64,000 nt of DNA from Lytechinus pictus (GCF_037042905.1 NC_087245.1:26662001-26726000); one strand, 5' to 3'; shown: positions 1-13,987, counted from the stretch's first letter. Notes: generated by a model not told the origin, from the sequence alone. Numbers and translations: made by a program.

Positions 1-1639
1 CCGTTAGAGGTGGCAGGGGTGGCCGCACCCTGTAGTATTTCAAGTGGTGAAAAAGAGGAGAAAAAGAAGGGGAAAACAGGAAGAAAGAATGAAAAGGTAT
101 ATATATATATAGAGAGAGAGAGAGAGGCATGAGTAGTGAAAAATTATATAATATATTACCCCTATTGAAAAAATATGACGTCACCTGTAGACCCCCCCCC
201 CCCCAATCAATCTATGCTAGCGCCGCCCCTGGATAAAAAAATAATTGAACGCAAGAGAAAAAGAGGGGGCGGGAGCTTATTAAGTGCATTAAAATTGCAG
301 GCCTTATTGAATTTATTTCATGAAATGCAATTTGATGACGGATAAATTCAATAGAGCCTGAAATCTTGTTTCCTTCGTTTTATTTTCACCCCCTCCCTAT
401 TCGTTATTATTCATGGTGGAGGAGGCGCAGGACCGTTTCGGCACAGCCTCCTCCCTTCTTCATTTTCATTTTCCCCTCTTCAATAATGTCCCTCTTCCGT
501 TTTATTTCTTTCACTTTTTTGTTTTGTTTTGTTTTTGCTTGGGGTCAGGGGAGGGGAGCAAGTCCCCCTTGCCACCCTTGGTCATAGCCTGTTGAAGACA
601 ATGTCCTTTGGCAACCTGAATTACCCTTTTCCCTTCTTTTATTCCGTCATGTGGAAAGAAAAAAAAACTATTCAACTTATACGCGTATGGGCAGAGACTG
701 TCTTATTTTTCTTCAATTTCCATTTTCTCCATGTTGGGGGATTTGTGGTATTGTCATAACTCATAACTTTAAAATTTTATGGATCTAGTTTATGAATCTT
801 GGACATAAGAGCAATCAAGTATCCCTAAACATCCTGTCTGAGTTTCAGGTCACATGATTAAGATCAAAGGTCATTTAAGGTCAATGAACTGTGGCCGTGT
901 GTTGGGGGTATTTCTTGAATTGCCCTCATAACTTAGAAATTCTGAGCAAGTTCATGAAACATTTTGGGTCAATGGCATAGGCGGATCCAGGGGGGCCGAG
1001 GGGCCCGGCCCCCCTATTGGCGGAGCCAAAAAAAGGAAAGAAAGGGAAAAAAGAAAGAAAGAAAGAAAAAAAAGGAAAAGAGCGGAGAAAAAAAGAAGAA
1101 GAGGAAGACGAGTGAATAAAAATATTGAAATGAGGGGAAAACTTGGAAAATAAAAAGAATCTTTCATGTCACTGTATAAAATTTTCGCTCGCGCTTCGCG
1201 CTCGCATTGCCTGTTAGGTGATTTCCATAACTTGTTCAATATTGAGCTTAAATACCAAGTTTGGAAGTCAATATATAAAACATATTTCAACTCGGAAAAT
1301 CGAACTTTCATTATTTTGTGTGATTTACAAATTGATTTTTATAAAGTGCTATGTAAAAATGTCAGTTTTATGGTCTGAATATTAACATTTTCTGCTCGCG
1401 CTGCGCACTCGCAAATTTTGATTTATCAGGTACTTACTATTTTCGTGTGTACCATAAAGTTTTCAAAATATCCCTTTTCAGGTCTGCTTGTTAAAACGTA
1501 TCAGCTAGCGCTGCTTGCTCGCATTTTGATTGGCGAGTTACGTTTGTGTCAATATTGATTACACAACAAACTACTTAAAATCTCCTTTTCACGACAGTTT
1601 ATCAAAAATTTTGGCTCGCGATTTGCACTCGCATTAATT

Positions 1640-1848
1640 CCGCGCCCTCATTATGCATTGGTAAATAAGATATAAATTTATTAATTTAATTGTCCCTTTT
1701 GTTTCATCTCGCGCTTAGCAAGGACCCCATTGGAAATAAGCCATCTCGGCTTTCATGGGCAATCCTGTCAAGGTATACACTTCTGTTCATATTTTCTTGT
1801 ACTTGTTCATAGTTACCTGACAAATAAAATCAATCAATCAATCAATCA
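1640..1848 (+). mobile_element. 5'-truncated LINE 3' end (CR1/L2-like) with (ATCA)n tail
   Basis: Stem-loop-like segment GGACCCCATTGGAAATAAGCC...GGCTTTCATGGGCAATCC, then AATAAA and an (ATCA)n microsatellite tail. It interrupts the surrounding repeat. Family assignment is inferred. Confidence 0.5.
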
Positions 1849-2169
1849 AGCAAGAGGAATAGAAAAATAGTCATCATTTTCATATGATGACATGTCCTAA
1901 GGATGTCCCGGTCCTATGTCAAAACTAAAAAAATGATAATGATGAAAAACATCGGCCCTTTATTAAGTGCGATCCATATCCACCTCACAATTTTCCTACA
2001 AAGTGCTCAAAATATAGAGCTGAAATTGACCCTTTTTTTTAGATCGGAATATCAAATATTTTATGCTCGCGCTTCGCGCTCGCTTTGATTTCCATGATAA
2101 AAGGTTTATTTAGAATGCCTAGATTCTTGGATTAAATCTGAAACACGCGCGTGCATCTGCTCGCGCTTT

Positions 2170-3160
2170 GTGCTCGCATTATTAATGTAGGAAAATCTCC
2201 TATTACTCACCCTTTTCATGATTTAAAAAAAAGGAATAGCATGAATAGAGTGTCCCGTTTTTTAGGTCTAAATCTCGAATTTTTCCGCTCGCGCTTCGCG
2301 CTAGCATCAAATGTTTAGTTATATAGCTATACTGTTCACGATTACAAATATTGATTAAAATTTTCCATTCTTTATGTAGAAATGTCAAAAGTTTTCAGCT
2401 AGCGCTTCGAGCTCGCATTATTTGATTGTTGAAATATTTAACTTTTTCATGCCTAAGTGCAAACAGTCCTTAGCAGGTATAGGGCCTACCTTTTCGATCA
2501 GTTCAAAACGTATATAAAATTTTCTGCTCGCGCTCGCATTATTAATGTAATGAAGATCCCCTATTACTCACCCTTTTCATGATTTACAAAACATGAATAG
2601 CATGAATAGAGTGTCCCGTTTTTAGGTCTAAATCTCTAATTTTTCCGCTCGCGCTTCGCGCTAGCATCAAATGTTTAGCTATATAGCTATCCTGTTCAAG
2701 ATTACAAATATTGATTAAAATTTTCCATTCTTTATGTAGAAATGTCAAAAGTTTTCAGCTAGCGCTTCGCGCTCGCATTATTTGATTGTTGAAATATTCA
2801 ACTTTTACATGGCTAAGTGCAAACAGTCCTTAGCAGGTAGGGCCTATACCTTTTCGATCACTTCAAAACGTATATAAAATTTTCTGCTCGCGCTCGCATT
2901 ATTAATGTAATGAAGATCCCCAATTACTCATCCTTTTCATTATTTACAAAACATGAATAGAGTTTCTCGTTTCTAGGTCTAAATCTCGAAATTTTCGGCT
3001 CGCGCTTCGCGCTCGCATCAATTGTTAAGTTATATACCTATTATATTTAAGTTACAAAAAGTGCATAGAATTTCCATTCTTTAGGTAAAAGTGTCATAAA
3101 TTTTCAGCTCGCGCCTGGCGCTCGCATTATTTGAATGTTGAAATGTGCAACGTCTTCATG
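2170..3160. repeat. ~360-bp tandem units (about 2.7 copies) inside the 976-5543 element
   Basis: GCTCGCATTATTAATGTA...TTACTCA recurs at about 2172, 2532 and 2892 with near-identical downstream sequence. Confidence 0.8.
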
Positions 3161-5174
3161 CGGTGGCGTACCTGGCATATTTCGTCAGGGGGGCAAGCGA
3201 CAAGGATGAGCAAGGTGGGGGGGGGGGGGGTTAGTAGGCATAGACGTATATAGGCACACATTTTTCAAGGGGGGGCTTATTATAATTGCCCAAATATCAT
3301 CTTCACATTTTTTAATTTTCGAGCGAGCGAAGCGAGCAAACATTTTTTCAAATTATTATTTCGCCTTTTTACATGATGTGAAACGTGCAGAAATTATACA
3401 TTCGGTCATAAAATTACCAATACACGATGATATTTGGGCACCTCGAAGTCCTCGTTGCCCTGCATTTTTGCAGCCCACCCCCTCCCATACACGTTTGGAT
3501 GTGTAGGTCTGGCAGTGGCACTGAAGGTGGGAAAGGTTACCCAGGGGTGCCCCCAAAAAATTGGGATCTTGCTACTACTGATATTTGATATCGGGCGATT
3601 GAACTTTATTGTCAAAATTAATTCTTTTTTGTATATATCATTCCAGAAATGATATGTATTGGATCGTGATCGATATATTTCTAATCAAGTGTTAATTACA
3701 ATGACTATATTAAAATACTTCTTTTATTCCCCTTTGAAGGTGTTGACATTATGTTCCCATCTGCTCATTTGGAGACATTATAAAAGAGGTATTTGACATT
3801 GAAATCGGTTAAAAATAATAATATAAAAAAAAGTAATTGCGAGCGCGAAGCGCGAGCTGAATTTTGTCTAAAAATTTAGACCTAAAACGATACATTTTGT
3901 GCACTTAATTATGAATGGTGATGGGTATATTACTTAATAAATTATGCGAGTGCGAAGCGCGAGCTAAAAATTTTGATATTCCTAACTGGACACTAGACAT
4001 TCTAAGCAGTTTTACAGGATGGGTATCTAAACAGTCGTGCGGGCGCGAAGTGTGAGCTAAAACTTTTGATATTCCGACTTAAGAACTTGATATTCTAAGC
4101 ACTTTTAGTAACCATGAACAAATTGGTTTCTAACTGAATGATAAATTTATACGAGCGCGAAGAGCGAGCTGAAAATTTGAAATATTCCCCCCTGAGAAGT
4201 GGACATTCTAAGCACCCTTTTTTTTTAAACTATGAATAAGATGGTAGTTGAAAATAATTAATTGGTGTGAGCGCGAAGCGCAAGCTGAAATTTTTTGATA
4301 TTTCGACCTGAAAACTTTACATTCTGAGCACTTTATTTAATTATGAACAGGATAGAATTTTATGCGAGTGCGAAGCTCGAGCTGACATTTTTTTGTATTC
4401 CGACATAAGAACATGATATTCTAAGCAATTTTTGTAATTATAACCGTGAACAAATTGGTTTCTAATGATATATTTTTGACATTTTTTATTCTTTATATTC
4501 CGACCTGAAAACCGGACATTCTAAACACTTCATTTAACTATGAACAGGATGGATATACCTAAACAGTTATATGTGAGCACGAAGCGCGAGCTAAAATTTT
4601 TGATATTCCGGCCTTAGCACTTTTTGTAACCGTGAACAAATTGGTTTTTAACTAATCAATTGACGCGAGCGCGAAGTGCGAGCTGAAATCTTTTGATATT
4701 TTAACCTGAAAACTAGACATTTATCTTAAATATCCAACTAAAAAATTGATGCGAGCGCGTAGCGCGAGCGAAATTTTTATTGTTATAATTACATTACCTA
4801 AAAGTTGTTCTCTACCTTTTTCCTGTCCCTGGTCAGCCCAGTCCGTCCTCACTATCGGTACTAGAGAGCTCTAAAGTCGCATTGCGTAAAAATCACAATA
4901 TACCGATAAAAGTGTACCGTTTAATTGACATTTACCGACAAAGATGGTGGAACTAAAAAAAACGAATCAGTTGGAACAGCCCCGTGTGCCCGACAGTTTA
5001 TATTTTTTTCCGACAGTCCGCAGTCCAGTTTTCGTTTTCCCCTTCCTCTTTCTTCTTTTTCCCCCTTCCCCCTTTTTTTTCTCTTTTTCTCTTTTTTTTT
5101 TTTCCTTTTTTCGCTTTTTTTTTTGCTTGTAACTCGTCAGGGGGGCAGTCTGTCCCCCCTTAGGTACGCCAGTG
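3161..5174. mobile_element. hAT-like non-autonomous transposon, nested
   Basis: TIRs CGGTGGCGTACCT / AGGTACGCCAGTG. Exact 8-bp TSD TCTTCATG at 3153-3160 and 5175-5182. The host tandem unit resumes after it. Confidence 0.85.
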
Positions 5175-5842
5175 TCTTCATGGCTAACTGCAAGTAGTAC
5201 GTAGGCCTACCTTTTCGATCAGTTCAAAACGTGTATCAAAAATTTCTGCTCGCGCTTCGCGTTCGTATATAGCATAGTTGCATATACATCTTTTTCAGGA
5301 TAACAAACATTGCTTAGAATGTCCAAATTTAATGAAAAAATAAATACAATAAAAAAAATTGCTCGCACTATATAAATAAGAATTATGATACTATTTATGT
5401 TGATTTATAAGAATAAAGCTAAGATTATTACGACTATATACCCCTTCAAAGAAAAAAAAATCATGTTTGAGCGGCCAATCGGGGAAAATATGGCTGAAAA
5501 AATTTCCGGGCCCCCCTCTTGGCGAAGGCTGGATCCGCCCCTGAATGGACGTAGTATTTTATTATCATATGAATGTTTTCTTTTGTGAATAATTATTCAA
5601 CAGCTGTTTTCAAAGTCAGCACTGCTGCTATACCGAATCGCGTGTAATGCAGGCGAGACTGCCAGAGGCGTTCCACTCGTTCATTTATTTCCCTCCCTTT
5701 ACTTGTCCTTGATCTTTTTCGTTCCCTTTCCCTCCTTTTTTTCTGGGGGGGGGGGGGGGGTGGGCAAGCTAGCCATCGTCGGGCCTATATGGATCCGCGC
5801 ATGTTCATTGTCTTCTTAAAGTTATCTTTAAGCCTAACTTAA

Positions 5843-6443
5843 AGGACAAGTCCACCCCAACAAAAAGTTTATTTTAGTAAAAAGACAAAAATCCAACAAG
5901 CATAACGCTGAAAATTTTATCAAAATCGGATGTGAAATAAGAAAGTTATGACATTTTAAAGTTTCGCTTAATTTCACGAAACAGTTATATTCACATCCTG
6001 ATCGGTATGCAAATGAGGAGACTGATTACATTATCCACTCACTATTTCTTTTGTATTTTATTATATGAAATATTCTAATTTTCTCCTCATTGTCAAGTGA
6101 AACAACGGGTATTTCCCCCATGCTCATGTGGAATTAGCATTGTTTAATATATTTTATGGTTCAGTCAAGTTGGTTCTTATTGTCAAATCTGTAAAAAATG
6201 AAATATTGTATAATTCAAACAATAGAAAACAAAAGAAATAATGAGTGAGGGACATCATTGACTGTTTCATTAATTTGTATGTCATTGAGTTGTGCATATC
6301 GCTGTTTTTTAAAATAAGCGAAACTTTTAATATGTCATAACTTTGTTATTTTACATCCGATTTTGATGAAATTTTCAGCGTTATGCTAGTTTGATTTTTT
6401 TTCTATTTTTTCAATCAACATTTTTCTGGGGTGGACTTGACCT
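5843..6443. mobile_element. TTAA-flanked MITE (Kolobok-like), copy 1
   Basis: TTAA|AGGACAAGTCCACCCC ... GGGGTGGACTTGACCT|TTAA with long imperfect TIRs. Same family as 19802 and 22911, opposite orientation. Confidence 0.85.
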
Positions 6444-7594
6444 TTAAGAACCTAGATGAACCTGTCAACAAGAATTATTACTTGCCACATCATATTTATA
6501 TTCATCATGTTCAGTTATCTTGTGAGAAATCAAAATCTTTTCTTTTTGCCCCCCCCCCCTTCGAAGATTCCGACAGGGAATCGCGCGATCGTGACGAAAA
6601 TTGGCAAGAGGGTAGAGAATGACATAATCTACGCGATATAGGTTATAATTGCAATAAATCTATACATTTTATACGAATAGTTATGTTAAACAATTTATGA
6701 AATCATACTTTTTGCTATAACGGTTCTAGAAGGCTAACTTTTGACGAAAATCATGGCCCTGGGAAGCGGGGGTGCTGGGGTGCTGAAGGCCTGAAGCACC
6801 ATAAAAAATGTCCTTGGGGTGCTGCGTATATTATTCTGCATAGGGAGCACCCCAAGGTATTATAGAAGATGTGTAAAGAATTGAAAAATGTAACCAAAAT
6901 GACCTTCACTTTAAATGAAAAAAATCTGATACCAAACTCGAATTCTTATGTAGGCCTATTTCTTTTTAAATGTCTAAGATGTCTTTGTTTTATGTTCTTT
7001 TTATTATTTTTTTTTTATACAAAATCCGTCCGTGATATTGTTTCGGCCATCAATAGTATATCAAATTATAAGACTGCTTTCAATTAAAGTAAACATGGCC
7101 GTTCACAGATTTTTTGCGGGGGGGGGGGGAATGTGTTAACTTTTTCGAAAAAAAAATGAAAGCGAGCGTATGAAGCAACCAAGCTTGTCATTGGGGGCAC
7201 TTTAGCATTTTGTAAAGTGAAAATAAAGGATTTCGTGCATACTTTGGGTGAATTTGGGAAAATTTTCAGTAAAAGATGTAAATTGTCAAAGTTTCGGGGT
7301 GAGGGGCAAGTGCCCCTGCCTCCGCTGCATGCAGTCATTTGAGTAGTTGTTACTTGGGAATTTTAGCTGGAAAACGCTTTGTATTGACTTTGAAATTACG
7401 TTTTTGAGCAATTTTTGGTTTGACATGCTCTTACATAATAATTTTTTATAATGTTGTGTAATTTCTAAACCGCGTACCCGGGCGTCACAAATTTGGTCTC
7501 AAAGAAACGTTGCGCGAGACTTGATAGTAGAAATCAACTTTGTCATCCTTTAATTTACCCCACCCCACTTCCCCTATTTATTAGTAGGCCTAAT

Positions 7595-7836
7595 CAGTGG
7601 CGGGTCCCGGGGTGCATAGCCGGCCCGTGTTCCCCCTTTTGGGAGCCAAAATCAAAATTTATAATGTAAATATTCCGTTTTACTCAAGTGTGCCCCCCCC
7701 CCCCTTCCGAACCGCGGACGAAATGACCTTCAATTTTTGGTAAAAACTTTTTTTTTCCTTTTTTTTCTTGTCAAATTTTCATCGGGAAAATATCATTGTG
7801 CCCCCCCCCTTTTGGAAAATCCTGGATCCGCCCCTG
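7595..7836. mobile_element. hAT-like MITE
   Basis: CAGTGGCGGGTCC ... GGATCCGCCCCTG, flanked by near-identical 8-mers GGCCTAAT / GGCCTGAT. Confidence 0.7.
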
Positions 7837-8097
7837 GGCCTGATAATAATAATAATAATGATAATAATAATAACAACAACAATTTGCATTTATAGCGCCA
7901 TCTATTCGGAGTTCATATTCTATTCAAGGTCTCACAAGAGACTGAAAGAAAGAATAAGAGTTTGGATGAGTGTCCTTTACATTGCGTATAAAAAAACGGG
8001 GCAGATTTGAAAAGTCTTTAAATTTTTTATTTCTTATTATGATGTCTATATTATTTTGGTGTTAATAGGTGCTCTGAAGTCGTATCTTTCAAATGCT

Positions 8098-9195
8098 ATT
8101 AAAAAATTAGTTTCGTTCATGCTTGGCCGAACACGGAATGTTTTGTCTGGGGTTAAAAAGGAGGCTTGCGCCAAAATGGCATAAAATAATAAATATGATG
8201 ATCGGACTTCTTGCTAATCAGCAGACTTCCTCTTAACCTTTTCATTATCTTTGCCATAATTTTCGAATTATGAGGTCAAAATTCATTTTCAAATCTGTTT
8301 GTTTGCTTGAATTGTTCTGTTGTTGTTTCTTTTTTATGTTCTCTAAGCTTTGAATATTCCTTCTTTAAGTAAACACAAAAATTATTCAACCGAAGTATGG
8401 GAGAGCGTGTATTTTTTTTCACATCTTTCATTGTGTACTACAAAGGTTATGGTGCCTTTGAACAGTGGCATACAGATGGGTGGGGGCTCAGGGGTGCCCC
8501 CAAATAAAAAAAATCGTGGCCAGAAATAAATTGAAAGGAAATAAAGGAAAAGATAGAACGTGAAATATGATTAATTTATTTTTTGATATTATGTCAAAAT
8601 CTAACACAAAATTTGATATTTTAATAAAAAAGTGGAAATTTTGAGTTCTCGCTTTACTCGCTCACAATTTTTTAATATATTTTATCCGATCTGCCATATC
8701 TAGCTCCTTCAAAATTGACTCAATACACCATTGCCATTGAAAGACATGAATCCTTTCCTCTTTGTCCTGTCCAGCACATAACCCCTTGAAAATAGGATTA
8801 ATGTTTTTTAAAGGTACCATAACATATAATTCGTTTCACATAATAAAAGGATTTAAATAATTACAAGTTCTCCCAATTAATAATGCAAATCTTCTTGCTT
8901 GGGTTGACAAAAGTTCTTCTTTTTCTTTCTTATGAATTAAAATTCAAAGGTAAAAGAAGTTTAAATGAAAAAAAACCAAAATAATTCAAGTAAATAAGTA
9001 ATTTTTTAAAGTGAAATTTGACAGCACAATTCGAAAATCATGGCAAAGATAATAAAAATATTAAGAGGAAGTCTGCTGCAAGAAGTCTGATCATCAAATT
9101 TCTATTTTTTTACCATTTTGGCGCAAGCCTCTTTTTGAACCCCAGACAAAAACATTCCGTGTTCGCTCAAGCATGAACGAAACTAACTTTTTAAT
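8098..9195. mobile_element. Element with ~170-bp terminal inverted repeats
   Basis: 8098-8270 (TTAGTTTCGTTCATGCTT...GGCTTGCGCCAAAATGG...TTTTCGAATT) is the reverse complement of 9027-9195. No coding capacity. Confidence 0.75.
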
Positions 9196-10620
9196 GGAGA
9201 ATATGGACCCATCTTTAAGGCCAGTATTTAAAAAATGGGGCCATGGACCCATGTTTAAGGCCAGTATCTAAAAATTGGGGGCATGTTTAGGGATTTTCCA
9301 GCATAAAACCATACCCATGCATGTTTAGGGAATTCTTCCAAAAAGCGACCCATTCCAGCGGCACATCCCCGTATGCCTTATTTCGTGAGTATATACCCTC
9401 CCCCCCCCCCCCCGGGGGTGGGTCTGTTCTTTCTGACGTGTTTTGTATGTTCCCTTTTCTTTTGTTTTCCCTTTATTCTCTTAATCTCCCTCTCTGTTCT
9501 TATTTTCCATTTCCCCTTCAACTTATCTTTCCCTCTTATGTAGGCGTATATTTCTCTCCCCCCTTCCCCTTTTCCTCTTCGTGGCGTGAATGTAAGCGGT
9601 GGGGTCATACCCTTTTTTTACAAAAAAAGTCCTATCCCATACAGCAAGGCAGTCAAGAGTGTATGATGAGATGACTTTGATCAAATCAAGCCGCTCTTCC
9701 CGTTTCTTTGTGTTTATGTTTCCAACGCCTCGTCCAGTGGTCGCGAGCTGAAAATATTTAATATTTCGATCTGAAAACTATACATTTTAGGTACAATATG
9801 AAATAAAGTAAAGATGTGTATTCAATGAACAATTTTGATAATTCAGTTTATCTTTTTCCTGACTCGGAAGGGAACCTGTGAAGAATTATTAATTTTGTTT
9901 AAGATTAAAAAATTGCCATTCCCCCTCTTATTTTCGTCACATTTCTTTTGTTTGTTTTTTCCGTTCTCTTTTTTTGGCTCTTCATTCCAGCTCATCTTTT
10001 GTTTCTTCATTCCATTTCTACTTTTCTTTGTCTTCTCTCTCTCTCTCTCTCTTTCGCTTTGCCCCATAGGGCCGTAGATCCGCCTATCCCTTCCCATTAT
10101 CTTTTCAATTCTAATGATATCTATATAGTGCAAACATACCTCCATGGTACAAAGGGGTTTAAGGGCTTTGAGACTCATATATTCAAATTTTGTTGAAAAA
10201 AAATCAGTGATATTTCTTCCCCTCGAGTTTAAGTTTGTCTTTTCTCCCCGCTTTTCTCTCCTTCATTTACTTTTCATTCCACTTATCATGCTAGCTCTCT
10301 CTCTCTCCCTTCCTTTTCTTTCTCCTCTCCCCTAAATTTCTTTTTCTTCTTTTCTTCTCCTTTATTTCTCTCTTCCCTCCTCATGATCCCTTCCCTTCTT
10401 TTTTTTCTCCTCAGTTTTCTCTCTCCTTTCCTTTCTTTTAATTCCTTCTCTATATCCTCTCTCCCCGCCCCTCTCTCTTTTCTTATAGAGGGATGCGTGC
10501 CGGGGTGCATGTTAGCTAAATCCTGGAGCTAAATAATACGGAGTTTATATATCTCTATAGAATAATGTGACCTATAATGCCCAACGTATAAGGATGTTCG
10601 TTTTCCAAATATGGTGTGTC

Positions 10621-11075
10621 GGATGACAACTCATCGCTGCGTCATCATGTCACGTAGTATTTCGCAATCATTGTTTGCATAGCTTGAATTGGGTTTCGTT
10701 GCTTGTGTGTAATAATTCGGATACGCGCGCGTAAGCGCGTTTTGCGCTCGCAAAGTTTTATTTTGCAATCAAAATGGCACCGACGGAGTCCAATTAGCCG
10801 CCTTTGGCTCTCGAATTTTCAGAGACCATCCACTGAGCAGGGTAAAGGCGTCGTTAGAAAGCATCTAACGGTGCTTAGCAAATATCACTCTGGAGTCTCA
10901 ACTTTTGGCAGAGAAGGAAACAATTTGGAATTCGATAAATCACCCTGACAAAAAAATTTACAGAGTCCGTCATCACTCAGCATTGTGCAACCTATTTCGT
11001 GGCATAGAGAGACAACGTTACGACGCCCTGCATTGCAATTGCATTGATCAGATTCGGATTGGTATTGCGTCATTC
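10621..11075 (+). promoter_or_regulatory. Candidate Tribbles promoter/5' region with bZIP (ATF/CRE, C/EBP) and CCAAT motifs
   Basis: CpG-richer unique sequence upstream of the CDS. Motifs: TGCGTCATCA (10638-10647), ATTTCGCAAT (10659-10668), CCAAT (~10790) and ATTGCGTCAT (11064-11073). The TSS cannot be located from sequence. Confidence 0.45.
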
Positions 11076-11856
11076 GATGAATTGTGTATTATTTACACGT
11101 TTACAATATCAAGCAAGCACATCTTACCGTCTTCAACACAAGCTTTGACGTTAGCTGGACTAGCGACTCAGCTCCGAACACGACGGCTGGATCTGTTATT
11201 TATGTTTTTCTTGGACTTGCCCTAGAAATTGAATTGTGAAGCTGAACTTCCTGAACTGAAGACAACTTGACAAGTGAACTGAAATTCCATATGAATATTG
11301 GCAGGACCAATTCAGTGTGTTTTTAATAAAATTGAGAGGATCTGGACCTCTTCATTGTCTTGAATGATTTTAATTCCATTTTCCAGCGCAGCTGAATCAG
11401 ATATTTGGCAGTTGCCAATATTTTGCTATCTATTTCACGTAAATAATATCAGAGACTTCTCTTAAAGTAAAAGTAAATCTCAGGGTTGTTGAAAAGGAGC
11501 ATCTAACTCTAGTAATTTAATCTAGGCCTAACTAACTTTCCTAAGTGCTGCTAATGTTATATTAAGCAGCATCATTCATCGGTGTGTTAAGAAGCCAGGA
11601 GGCCCAGGACACAACTACGGAGAAAGATACACGGCCGAAAGTATACTGGAATAAACCTGTGAACTATTGAAGTGAATTTTGCTTTTAACCATAGTAGATA
11701 CAAACAACTACAAACCAAAAGAGTAGCCTAAAGTTCTAGTGTAGCACTGTTGATGTAAAAAACAACTAGCAAAATTTTGTTTCTCTTTTTGGTCAGAGGT
11801 TTAATTTGCTGAGCTTGAATCGGGTCAGAGAGGAATCAGAAATAAATTGTCACTTG

Positions 11857-12111
11857 ATGAACAATTTTGCATCTGCCCCTATTCCGATCCATCATGGTCG
11901 GGGTAAATTTCAAATATTTCAGGACGTTTCTTCCGAATCAACTGGTGGACAATTGAGTCCTCAGCCACAACTTTCCCCGAGTCCGCCAAGTTTTGTATCC
12001 AGTGAGGATCATGTAGTCTCGAGAATTGGAAATTATGTTCTCCTGGAGGAAGTAGCTCCGAAAGTAAACAAGTGTATTGATACTTTAAATAACAAAGAAT
12101 GCATTTGTAAG
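11857..12111 (+). CDS. TRIB2: Tribbles pseudokinase (TRIB2-like), coding exon 1
   Basis: MNNFASAPIPIHHGRGK...LSPSPP...VSRIGNYVLLE...ICK parallels the vertebrate TRIB2 N-terminus. Donor AAG|GTGAGC at 12112, phase 0. Confidence 0.9.
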
Positions 12112-13105
12112 GTGAGCTCAGAAGATTTTGTAATTAAGGTTTTTTTTTTATGGGCAGTCCTTCTTCCTTCAATGTCGAAGCTTAACAGCAATACAGAATT
12201 CTTATCTACCCCTTTAGGAAATGTACTGTAAAGAGTTACTCCAAGCTGAAAGAAATGTGATTTGAACTAGTGTTGAACAGAAAAAGTAGAATCAGACCAA
12301 TAGAATTTTCACTGAAAATTTCATTAAACAAGGAAAACAACTTTTGAAAAACTCAAGTTTGTCATAACTTCAGTCAGTGTATCAATTTACATTGTAAGTC
12401 TTCATAAGTACATGCATGATGTAACAATGAGCAAGCTTATCATTTCATCTCCCCACTTTTTCTTCGTAGTTCTGTTTATTATATGAATTTATCTAAAATT
12501 TGTGCTCTATGAATGTAGATGATCATCGCTCCAACATGTACACAGGCATCAGGAAAGATTGGTGCTAACAGTTCGTCAATGGCTGTCATATGTACACATA
12601 CATGTAGGTTAACGTTTGAGGCTGGTAAAGTCCAGGCCAATTCCCGTATTTGGTGCGTGTCACATCATAGTTCTATAAATATACTAGTAATGCAAAATTT
12701 GTGTTGCTATAATAAGTACTCGGGCAGGTGCAATGGATGAGATTAAAAGGAAAGTGATTGGGGTTGACAATACTTTCTCTTTCACCATGGTAAAAAAACG
12801 TTTTATTACTCTTATCTACATGTACATGTAACTCAATGATTAGCATTTTATTCAAGACAGGTTTCTTAAGTCTTAAAAACTCAATAAGTGGTAAATATAG
12901 CCTTCAACCTATCCAGATACGAGAATCCTCATATCTTGGATTATGATGTATAGTTTGTATACCGTTTTCAATATACATGTATTCACATCATTGAAATTTG
13001 ACAATATTGTGATATCGTCATTTATACAGACCTACTGTACATGTCATGTATACTGCAACAATTCATACAAATATGATGATTTTGTTCTTATTCTTGTTAA
13101 TACAG

Positions 13106-13398
13106 GTAGTGGATGTGGATAAATACCGGGAGGCATTTGCTGTACACTTTCACTTAGGCTATCATCCCCATATTAACCATGTTGAAGAGGTGTTGCATGG
13201 TCAAAGTCAGGCGTATGTCATCTTGCCCATCACCCATGGAGACATGCACTCCTATGTCAGGCGGAAGCGCAAGCTGCGAGAGCGGGAGGCTGCCTCCCTC
13301 TTTCATCAGATGGTGCAAGCCGTTGCTCACTGCCATGCCCATGGCGTCATCCTGCGGGACCTGAAGCTGCGCAAGTTTGTCTTCAAGAAAGAAGAAAG
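13106..13398 (+). CDS. TRIB2: Tribbles pseudokinase, coding exon 2
   Basis: Acceptor TACAG|. Encodes HGDMHSYVR and the Tribbles-diagnostic catalytic loop LRDLKLRKF. Donor AG|GTATTG, phase 2. Confidence 0.95.
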
Positions 13399-13987
13399 GT
13401 ATTGCACAGTGTCAAATCTGTCAAATGTCAAGGCTTTTACTATTCTCTTGATTTATTGACACAAAGTACATTTGAGATTTGACTCACTTGAGGATAATAT
13501 CTATCAGTTGTTGTCTTCTAATGTCAGTCTAAATCGATGGGAAACCCAATTATGTTACACTGTACTTGTAATAGAAAAAATCAATTCAATACAAAAGCAT
13601 TTCATAATTGTTAGAAAGTACTGGTAATCTATTATTGCCATTTATGTAATACACAGTTACATGTTAGGTTGCAGGGTAAAGGATGATTCAGGTCAATAAT
13701 CTTATGTATTACTATCATAATTACCTGTAACTTTCTTACAACAGGGTTATTGGGTACATCAAATCCTAGCCCGTAGCCAAGCGACACAAATTACTGGTTG
13801 CGAGGTCAAGGTTGAAGGTCATTTGAGTTCTATACTGTTCTTAGGTCGGACCACATTACATAGTATAGGGCTACCACAATTATCGATAACATAGAGGCCT
13901 CAAATCTAGTTTTGATGAAAGATATTTGTTATCCCATTTACATTCAAATGGTTTATTCCGAATTTCCTGTATAATCTTTTACTTCAG

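Larger units (their letters stand above)
976..5543. mobile_element. Non-autonomous DNA transposon with nested insertions
   Basis: Ends CATAGGCGGATCCAG (976) and CTGGATCCGCCCCTG (ends 5543) are imperfect inverted repeats, with AATGG directly repeated on both sides (971-975, 5544-5548). The interior is rich in CTCGCGCTTCGCGCTCGC motifs and has no transposase ORF. Confidence 0.75.
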
